Shown piece after piece: positions 58,096 to 64,000 of a stretch of DNA of 64,000 nucleotides. The stretch is from Syntrophobacterales bacterium (lineage in GTDB: Bacteria > Desulfobacterota > Syntrophia > Syntrophales > UBA2192), in assembly GCA_018053845.1 (NCBI GenBank), contig JAGPKU010000001.1, forward strand, positions 22,252 through 86,251, read 5' to 3'. A program made the position numbers and the translations under genes. Each line of letters opens with the position of its first letter. Position 1 is the first letter of the stretch. A model generated the notes under the pieces. It did not search any database. It saw only the letters and a program-made list of their open reading frames with translations, and was not told where the DNA came from.

Positions 58096-58128
58096 AACCG
58101 GCGACGCCCCGTCGCGCAGGGGCGATAT

Positions 58129-58157
58129 GCCATACCATCCGCCGCCGTGATTGTCAA
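58129..58157 (-). promoter_or_regulatory. Sigma-70-like promoter of birA operon (TTGACA-N17-TATGGC)
   Basis: The minus-strand -35 TTGACA (58157-58152) is part of the operator half-site. The -10 TATGGC is at 58134-58129. Confidence 0.5.
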
Positions 58158-58183
58158 CCAGAAAAATCTTTTCAGTTGACAAT
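58150..58183. promoter_or_regulatory. BirA operator (bioO-like inverted repeat)
   Basis: ATTGTCAAC-N16-GTTGACAAT has the same architecture as E. coli bioO (TTGTAAACC-N16-GGTTTACAA). It overlaps the predicted -35 of the birA-bioY-ecfAT operon. Confidence 0.8.
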
Positions 58184-58227
58184 CGCGGCCGTCCCCGGGG
58201 CCATGGGCTGCGAAACGCGATAGGGAC

Positions 58228-58256
58228 TTGCCCGGATCGGTGATTTCGAGTATGAT
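58228..58256 (+). promoter_or_regulatory. Sigma-70-like promoter (TTGCCC-N17-TATGAT) for the small basic ORF
   Basis: Spacing and hexamers read directly from the sequence. 33 nt upstream of ATG 58289. Confidence 0.5.
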
Positions 58257-58288
58257 TCCCGACTCATGAAAGAAAACGGAGGTCACCC

Positions 58289-58420
58289 ATGGGAAGCCAC
58301 AAGAAGCACGAGAGGAAGAAGGAACTGCAGCGAAAGCGCAAGCGCCGGGAGAAGAGGCAGAAGCTGATCGCCAAGGGCCTCAACCCCGACGAGAGCAACA
58401 AGATCCGGAAGATGGCCTGA
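58289..58420 (+). CDS. Small highly basic protein (43 aa), hypothetical
   Basis: Too short for the ORF track. ggagg lies 5-9 nt before ATG 58289. Translates MGSHKKHERKKELQRKRKRREKRQKLIAKGLNPDESNKIRKMA. A TTGCCC-N17-TATGAT promoter lies at 58228-58256. Confidence 0.45.
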   Translation: MGSHKKHERKKELQRKRKRREKRQKLIAKGLNPDESNKIRKMA

Positions 58421-58455
58421 TCGACCCCCCGCCGACTCAGGGCCGGCGCCCCTTT

Positions 58456-59052
58456 TCACGGCGGTGTCGGCACTGCCTGCAAGAGCATGATCACCCCCTT
58501 GCGGACCATCATGACGGCGATGGCCGCAAGGAGGATTCCCGCAAGCTTCGACAGGGTCCGCGAGCCGGAGCGGCCCAGGATCCGGTGAATGGGCTCGGAG
58601 AGCCAGAACACGGCGCCGGCGATCCCGATGTTGACCACCGTGGCCGCCACGGTGGGCACGATGCCGTACTCGCCCACCAGGACGAAGATCGTCGTCAGCA
58701 CCGCCGGCCCCACGATCAGCGGCACCCCGATGGGGACGGCGCCGAGGCTGTCGGCGTCCACCTGGGCGACCCTCTTCTCCACGGCGATCACGTCGCTCAG
58801 CGAGATCGTGAAGAGCAGGATCCCCCCGGCGATCAGAAAATCCGCGACGGTGATCCCCAGGTAGTGGAAGACCCACTGCCCCACGGCGAGAAACGCCAGG
58901 GCCACGGCGAGCGCCGTGACCATGGACTGGACGATGACCCGCCGGACCACCCGGGGCTCGACCCCTTCGGTCAGGTGCATGAACAGCGGCAGGATGCCCA
59001 CGGCATCGACGGCGACGAACATGGGGAAGAAGCAGAGCCAGAAGGCTTCCAT
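58456..59052 (-). CDS. marC: MarC family (UPF0056) integral membrane protein
   Basis: FFPMFVAVDAVGILPLF..., six hydrophobic segments, GAVPIGVPLIVGPA. Confidence 0.8.
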   Translation of the reverse strand: MEAFWLCFFPMFVAVDAVGILPLFMHLTEGVEPRVVRRVIVQSMVTALAVALAFLAVGQWVFHYLGITVADFLIAGGILLFTISLSDVIAVEKRVAQVDADSLGAVPIGVPLIVGPAVLTTIFVLVGEYGIVPTVAATVVNIGIAGAVFWLSEPIHRILGRSGSRTLSKLAGILLAAIAVMMVRKGVIMLLQAVPTPP

Positions 59053-59090
59053 CGTTCCAACGCTCTCAGAGGTTGACCGCCTTCAGGGCC

Positions 59091-59145
59091 GAGACGCGAG
59101 GTTCGAGGATTTGTCCTCGGTCCTCATGCCCCGGACCTCGAACCT
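59091..59145. repeat. Heptad hairpin element, family B, in the wrbA/marC spacer
   Basis: GAGACGCGAGGTTCGAGGAT faces CCTCGGTCCTCATGCCCCGGACCTCGAACCT. It ends one nt before the wrbA stop codon. Confidence 0.85.
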
Positions 59146-59757
59146 TTATTTCGCCAGCTTGGCGGCGATCCGGGCCACGTGCCTCCCCTGCCAGCGGGCG
59201 GCGGCCAGCTCGTTTTCGCTGGGCATGCGTTCGCCCTTCCCGCCCGCGATCGTCGAGGCGCCGTAGGGCGAGCCGCCGGAGATCTCGTCGATCCGCATCT
59301 GCCCCGCAAAGGCGTAGGGCAGCCCGACGACGACCATCCCGTGGTGGAGCAGGTTGATGTGGAAGCTCAGGATCGTCGACTCCTGGCCGCCGTGCTGGGT
59401 GGCCGAGCTCGTGAAGACGCTGCCCACCTTCCCCGCCAGCGACCCCTTCGCCCAGAGCCCGCCCGTGGCGTCGAGGAACTGCCGCATCTGGCCGCACATG
59501 TTGCCGAACCGGGTCGGGGTGCCGAAGATCACGGCATCGGCCCCGGCCAGCTCGTCGACCGTGCAGACCGGGATGTGGGCCATGGACTTCTGGGCCTCGA
59601 GGGCGCCCATCTTCGCGAGGACGTCCTCCGGGAGCGTCTCGGGGACCCGGCGCAGCACCGCGTCCGCACCGGGAACCTCCTTCACCCCTTCGGCGATCGC
59701 CTGGGCCATTTTATAGGTGTGGCCGTACATGGAATAGAAGACGACGAGCACTTTCAT
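59146..59757 (-). CDS. wrbA: NAD(P)H:quinone oxidoreductase, WrbA-type flavodoxin-like
   Basis: ATG 59757. [38 protein letters not shown]. Confidence 0.9.
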   Translation of the reverse strand: MKVLVVFYSMYGHTYKMAQAIAEGVKEVPGADAVLRRVPETLPEDVLAKMGALEAQKSMAHIPVCTVDELAGADAVIFGTPTRFGNMCGQMRQFLDATGGLWAKGSLAGKVGSVFTSSATQHGGQESTILSFHINLLHHGMVVVGLPYAFAGQMRIDEISGGSPYGASTIAGGKGERMPSENELAAARWQGRHVARIAAKLAK

Positions 59758-59798
59758 GGTTTTTCTCCTTTCGTCGAAAGAACGGGCTGACGGCACAA

Positions 59799-59817
59799 GG
59801 CTGAGGGCTTACGGCAA
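59799..59817. repeat. Family C fragment
   Basis: GGCTGAGGGCTTACGGCAA is 18/19 identical to 51571-51589. Confidence 0.7.
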
Positions 59818-59901
59818 TTTACATCTCAAGACCCCTATCCGCGCCGGCATGCCCAAATCATGGAGAGGCGGGGTTTCAAATGCAGTTTTCGGTGAGACCC
59901 A

Positions 59902-61047
59902 TCATTCCATCGTTGCGGTTCTCAGCCGCTGAACGGCACGGGCGATGATCTCGACGGCGCGATCCGCCTCCCCCTCGGTCGTGTACTTTCCCGTCGAGAG
60001 GCGGATCGTCCCGCGCGCCCACTCGAGGGGGACCGCCATGGCCCGAAGCGTTCTCGACACCTCCAGGGACGCCCCGTGGCAGGCGGCCCCGGCCGATGCG
60101 GCAAGCCCGTCCATCGCCGCGAGCAGGGCCCCCGCATCGAGCCCCCGGAAGCTCACGCTGAGCGTGTTCGGGAGACGACGGTCGGGGTGCCCGTTGACCC
60201 TCACCTCATCAACGGCCTTGAGCAGCCCCTCCTCGACCCGGTCCCGGGTGTGCTTCATGCGATCCCTGTTCGCCGCCAGGTCGCGCCGGGCGGCCTCGCA
60301 GGCCGCCCCCAGGCCCGCGATCCCGATGACATTCTCCGTGCCGGCCCTTCTGCCCGTCTCGTGCCCTGCGCCGTGCATGAACTTCTCCAGCTGCACACCG
60401 TCGCGCACATAGAGGACCCCCACCCCCTTCGGGGCGTAGAGCTTGTGCCCGGCCAGGGTCAGCAGATCGACGCCGAGGGCGGCCACGTCCACGGGGATCT
60501 TCCCGACGGTCTGCGCCGCGTCGGTGTGAACCAGGACGCCCCTCCGGCGGGCCATGCGGACGATCTCGCCGATCGGCTGGATCGTCCCCACCTCGTTGTT
60601 GGCATGCATGACGCTGATCAGGATGGTTTTCCCGGTAATCGATTGATCGAGCGCCGCCAGGTCGATGATCCCCTGCGCATCGACGGGAACATAGGTGATG
60701 TCGAATCCGTCGGCGGCGAGGGACTCGCAGACCTCGGTCACGGCGGGGTGTTCGAAGGCCGAGGTGATGATGTGATTTCCCTTGCCGCGATGAGCCCGCG
60801 CGGCACCCTTGACGGCGTGGTTGTTCGATTCCGTCCCGCCGCTCGTGAAGAGGATCTCGGAAGGCCTGCCGTTGAGCAGGGCCGCCACCTGTTCGCGTGC
60901 CCTCTCGACGCCCTTGCGGGCCGCGGCACCGTAGGCGTGGCTGCTCGAGGGGTTCCCGAAATGCTCCCGGATGTAGGGGAGCATGGCGGCGGCGACCTCC
61001 GGGTCGACGGGTGTCGTGGCGTTGTAGTCGAGGTAGATGGGTCTCAT
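59902..61047 (-). CDS. Cysteine desulfurase (NifS/IscS class V aminotransferase)
   Basis: IYLDYNATTP, FTSGGTESNN, AGHKLYAPKG (PLP Lys), SAGAACH (active-site Cys). Confidence 0.9.
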   Translation of the reverse strand: MRPIYLDYNATTPVDPEVAAAMLPYIREHFGNPSSSHAYGAAARKGVERAREQVAALLNGRPSEILFTSGGTESNNHAVKGAARAHRGKGNHIITSAFEHPAVTEVCESLAADGFDITYVPVDAQGIIDLAALDQSITGKTILISVMHANNEVGTIQPIGEIVRMARRRGVLVHTDAAQTVGKIPVDVAALGVDLLTLAGHKLYAPKGVGVLYVRDGVQLEKFMHGAGHETGRRAGTENVIGIAGLGAACEAARRDLAANRDRMKHTRDRVEEGLLKAVDEVRVNGHPDRRLPNTLSVSFRGLDAGALLAAMDGLAASAGAACHGASLEVSRTLRAMAVPLEWARGTIRLSTGKYTTEGEADRAVEIIARAVQRLRTATME

Positions 61048-61113
61048 ATCGGCCAGGGGCCCGAGGCAAAGGGCTTACGGTTATGGCGCAAGTGCCCGGG
61101 CAGACATGGCTGA

Positions 61114-61141
61114 AAGCCTCGAGGCCTGCTGGTCGAGGCTT
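61114..61141 (-). terminator. 9-bp stem hairpin immediately after the membrane-protein stop
   Basis: AAGCCTCGA-N10-TCGAGGCTT abuts the stop codon at 61142-61144. No clear U-tract. Confidence 0.35.
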
Positions 61142-61555
61142 CTAGAATGATCGCACATCGGGGAGGATCCCCGCAAGCACCAATCCCGAGAGGATGTTGA
61201 GAAAAAGGAGGATCAGCGTCATGGCGCCGGCCCGGCGGTGAGCCTTCCGGATCTCCGCGCGCCGCGCCGGCAGGACGAACTGCAGACCGCCCAGAACGGG
61301 TGTCGAGACGGCGGCGGACACCGCCAGGGCCCCCACCCAGGCGTGCAGCACCTCGAAGTGCGGGCCGCCGAACCCGGCCACGAAGGCGACGGCCGCCGCG
61401 AGGCCGCCCGCAACCGACAGGACCCCGCAGGCCCCCAGCGCCCTGTGGGCGCGGAGCCACCAGGGTTTTCCTCTCATGCGGCGGGCGATGGCAACGCCCG
61501 CCGCCATGAGCGAAAGACCGGTGATCATCAATCCGGCGTGGAGGTACAGGAGCAC
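61142..61555 (-). CDS. Four-helix His-containing membrane protein (possible b-type cytochrome-like), hypothetical
   Basis: 137 aa, four hydrophobic helices, with conserved-looking His residues in YLHAGL, LRAHRALG, PHFEVLHAWVG. Co-directional with the SOR-like gene 72 nt upstream. Confidence 0.5.
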   Translation of the reverse strand: MLLYLHAGLMITGLSLMAAGVAIARRMRGKPWWLRAHRALGACGVLSVAGGLAAAVAFVAGFGGPHFEVLHAWVGALAVSAAVSTPVLGGLQFVLPARRAEIRKAHRRAGAMTLILLFLNILSGLVLAGILPDVRSF

Positions 61556-61627
61556 GATTCCCCTCCGTGGTGCGCTCCAGGGCCCCGCATCGCTGCGGGC
61601 GGCAGGGCCGGGCCTCCCGTCCGCGTT

Positions 61628-61990
61628 CTACACGCCCGGGGAATACTTCACGGTGATGGACCCCCGGATGTTGCAGACGGCGGTGATCTCGAAGGTGTCG
61701 GCGCCCGTGGCGGCCACCTGGAAGGTGTAGACGAAGGTGTCGCCGGGCTGCTTGGTGTACTCGCCCCGCGCGACGACCTGGCCGTTCTTCTTCACGATCA
61801 CCTCCTTGACGTAGTGCCTGTCGGGGTTGTTCGAGGGGTGGGTGATCTTCACGGAAAGCGTCTGGGCCTTGATGTCGTAGGCCGCCTCCATCCTGTCGGG
61901 GCTGTGCGCCAGGCCCGCGCAGGGCAGGCTGAGGATCAGGAGGGCGGATACCAGGACGACCGGCAGGCATGTGGAAACCGTTTTCTTCAT
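61628..61990 (-). CDS. Secreted superoxide-reductase-like (desulfoferrodoxin Fe-binding domain-like) protein
   Basis: Sec signal MKKTVSTCLPVVLVSALLILSLPCAGLA. The mature part aligns by eye to 1Fe-SOR: HSP (vs KHVP), THPSNNPDRHYV (vs HPNTTEHHI), AVCNIRG (vs YCNIHG). Confidence 0.55.
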   Translation of the reverse strand: MKKTVSTCLPVVLVSALLILSLPCAGLAHSPDRMEAAYDIKAQTLSVKITHPSNNPDRHYVKEVIVKKNGQVVARGEYTKQPGDTFVYTFQVAATGADTFEITAVCNIRGSITVKYSPGV

Positions 61991-62024
61991 GGGGCACTCC
62001 TTTCAAGCATGTTGGGTTGTTCTA

Positions 62025-64000
62025 TCACGGGGCCTCGAGCAGCCCCAGCATTTCCTTCACCGTGAACACCGGTTTTGAGCACGCGCAATTCCGGCAGACA
62101 TACGCCGCGGCCCGTCCCCTGCCGGCCTTCATGTCCCGCGTGAACGGCGCGAGGTCCGTGATCGGGACCGACGCAGCCCCCTCGGGCCGGAAGAGCAGGA
62201 CCCGGTTGGGCAGGAAGGATCGCCGCACGGCATCGAGCATCTCCTTCGTGTCCTGCGACCCGGGCTTGCCGGCGACCACGATCTCAACGGGGGGCGCCGC
62301 CAGGAACTCGAGGGCAACCATGAGATGGGAATAGGCCGAGGGGATCTGCCCGATATTGCGGGCAAAGGCGCGGGAGACGCCGATCGCCTTCTGCTCCAGG
62401 TCCGGCCTGCCCGTGATCCGCGCCAGGCGCAGGAGGTTGAGCATCATCACCGAGTTGCCCGAGGGGATCGCCCCGTCGTAACCGTCCTTCTGCCTCAAGA
62501 GGACCTGCTCGCCGTCGTCGGCCGTGAAGAAAAACCCCCCGTCCCGGTCATCGCGGAAGTGATCGTTCGTACTATCGGCAAGTTCGAGGGCCGTCTTTAG
62601 GAAGCCGGCATCGAAGGTCGCCTCGTAGAGTTCCAGCAGCCCCCAGATCAGGAAGGCATGGTCATCCAGCATCCCGGCCACGGAGGCCTCGCCGTCCCGC
62701 CAGCGGTGCAGGAGCCGTCCCCGGCCGTCCCGCAGTCTCTCGAGGATGAAACGGGCCGTCCGTGCCGCCGCATCGGCCCACTGCCGCCGGCCGAGCGCCG
62801 CCGCCCCCTTTGCCAGGGCGGCGATCATCAGGCCGTTCCAGTCCGTGAGGACCTTGTCGTCCCTGCCGGGCCGCACGCGGCGCCCCCGCCGCCGCAGGAG
62901 CTTCTCCCGGGCGGCCTGCCACCCCGCGCGGGTCCCGCCGGGGGGAGGGTCCGCCCCGGCGGCCCCCTCCTCGATCGGCCGGGCCAGGAACAGGACGTTC
63001 CGTCCCGTCCTCTCCCGCGTGGCCTCCTCGAGGTAGTTGCCCTCCTTCGCGATGCCGCAGGTCTCGATGACGAGGGCCGCCTCGTCCGGGTCGAGCGCTT
63101 CCCGGATCTCCGACTCGGTCCACAGGTAGAACTTCCCCTCCTCGCCTTCGCTGTCGGCGTCCTCGGCGCAGCAGAACCCGCCGCCCGGGGCCTCGAGGTC
63201 CCGCAGGACGTAGGTGAAGATCTCCTCGGCCGTCCGGGCGTAGAGCGTCTTGCCCGTCGCCTGGAAGGCCTCGATGTAGGCCATGGAGAGCATGGCCTGG
63301 TCGTAGAGCATCTTCTCGAAGTGCGGCAGAAGCCACCGCGCGTCGGTGGAGTACCGGTGAAAGCCGCCGCCGAGCTGGTCGTAGACGCCGCCGCGGCGCA
63401 TGGCCGCGAGACTCGTCTCGACCATCCCGAGGGCCTTGGTCTCGCCCGTGCGTCTCCAGTAGCGCAGCAGAAACAGGTAGTGGTGAGGCGTGGGGAACTT
63501 GGGGGCGCCGCCGAAGCCCCCGTGGCTCGCGTCGAACTGCCCGGCGAGCGCGCCGAAGGCCGCGCGGCAGGCCGCCTCTCCCGGGGGGTCTGCCGCCGGC
63601 GCCTCGGCGGAGAGATTCCTCAGGGCCGTCATGACCTGTTCGGCCGACGCGCGCACATCGCCGCGCCGTGTGTTCCAGACGCGCTGGACCCCCGGGATCA
63701 GCTCCATCATCCCGATCCTGCCGTGACGGCCCTCCTTCGGGATGTAGGTGCCCGCAAAGAACGGTTCCCGGTCGGGGGTCAGGAGAACGGTCAGCGGCCA
63801 GCCTCCGCTGCCCGTCATGAGCTGGCAGACGGTCATGTAGACGCCGTCCACGTCGGGCCGCTCCTCGCGGTCGACCTTGATGCAGACGAAGGCCTCGTTC
63901 ATGAGCCGGGCCACCTCGGCATCCTCGAAGGACTCGCGGGCCATCACGTGGCACCAGTGGCACGTGGAGTAGCCCACGGAGAGGAAGATCGGCCGGTTCT
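62025..64000 (-). CDS. Thioredoxin-domain protein YyaL/DUF255 family (N-terminus beyond window edge)
   Basis: The reverse translation at the edge reads NRPIFLSVGYSTCHWCHVM. The downstream six-hairpin glycosidase-like region is typical of YyaL. The frame is open to base 64000. Confidence 0.85.
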   Translation of the reverse strand, partial: NRPIFLSVGYSTCHWCHVMARESFEDAEVARLMNEAFVCIKVDREERPDVDGVYMTVCQLMTGSGGWPLTVLLTPDREPFFAGTYIPKEGRHGRIGMMELIPGVQRVWNTRRGDVRASAEQVMTALRNLSAEAPAADPPGEAACRAAFGALAGQFDASHGGFGGAPKFPTPHHYLFLLRYWRRTGETKALGMVETSLAAMRRGGVYDQLGGGFHRYSTDARWLLPHFEKMLYDQAMLSMAYIEAFQATGKTLYARTAEEIFTYVLRDLEAPGGGFCCAEDADSEGEEGKFYLWTESEIREALDPDEAALVIETCGIAKEGNYLEEATRERTGRNVLFLARPIEEGAAGADPPPGGTRAGWQAAREKLLRRRGRRVRPGRDDKVLTDWNGLMIAALAKGAAALGRRQWADAAARTARFILERLRDGRGRLLHRWRDGEASVAGMLDDHAFLIWGLLELYEATFDAGFLKTALELADSTNDHFRDDRDGGFFFTADDGEQVLLRQKDGYDGAIPSGNSVMMLNLLRLARITGRPDLEQKAIGVSRAFARNIGQIPSAYSHLMVALEFLAAPPVEIVVAGKPGSQDTKEMLDAVRRSFLPNRVLLFRPEGAASVPITDLAPFTRDMKAGRGRAAAYVCRNCACSKPVFTVKEMLGLLEAP

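Noticed and set aside
58283-58876. 197-aa minus ORF overlapping marC
   Set aside because: It is an alternative frame over the MarC-family gene (58456..59052), with Arg/Gly/Pro-rich composition. The marC frame shows the expected hydrophobic helices.

Overview
GC-rich (strong GC3 bias) bacterial chromosomal window, dense with housekeeping genes. Gene content suggests an anaerobic Desulfobacterota/deltaproteobacterium-like organism: sigma-54 usage, pdxS/pdxT, GH57, HD-GYP/HDOD, an ECF-BioY module. That lineage call is inference only. I support 57 protein-coding genes and found no rRNA, tRNA, CRISPR, transposase or phage genes.

Gene order, left to right:
- An alpha-glucan locus: GT3-type glycogen synthase (truncated by the window edge), a GH57 protein and a GT4 glycosyltransferase.
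- A sigma-54-promoted c-di-GMP operon: small regulatory-domain protein, HDOD protein, GAF-HD-GYP protein.
- lolA, ilvE, pdxS, comM/yifB, murI, moaC, a PH-like membrane protein, a Fis-type HTH protein and pdxT.
- An atypical hexosamine operon: a 1270-aa GlmS-like protein, an LbH-only protein and glmM.
- guaA and pyrG.
- Four small envelope or orphan proteins.
- An acuI/yhdH-like reductase, then purQ and a PurS-fused purL.
- A sigma-54-dependent response regulator and a membrane histidine kinase.
- A satP/yaaH-like channel.
- A tetR-MFP-RND-OMF efflux operon followed by a PAS-LuxR regulator.
- A ten-gene, sigma-54-promoted, self-contained type II FAS-like locus: FabD-like, ACAD, KAS III, FabA, FabG, FabZ, KAS I/II, ACP, HX4D acyltransferase and PPTase.
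- rnd.
- A BirA-operated birA-bioY-ecfA-ecfT operon.
- A 43-codon basic ORF, marC, wrbA and a cysteine desulfurase.
- A membrane protein, a secreted SOR-like protein and a yyaL-like thioredoxin-domain gene that runs off the right edge.

The observations I consider most worth a second look:
1. The orphan sigma-54-driven FAS-like lipid locus.
2. Dispersed families of intergenic hairpin elements built from 7-nt AGG/CCT-phased tandem repeats that abut or overlap stop codons.
3. The giant GlmS-like enzyme, which has a large insertion inside its amidotransferase domain.
4. The exported SOR-like protein, which has a His-to-Arg change at a metal-ligand position.

Many very long ORFs in the supplied track are antisense or read-through shadows typical of high-GC DNA, and I rejected them.
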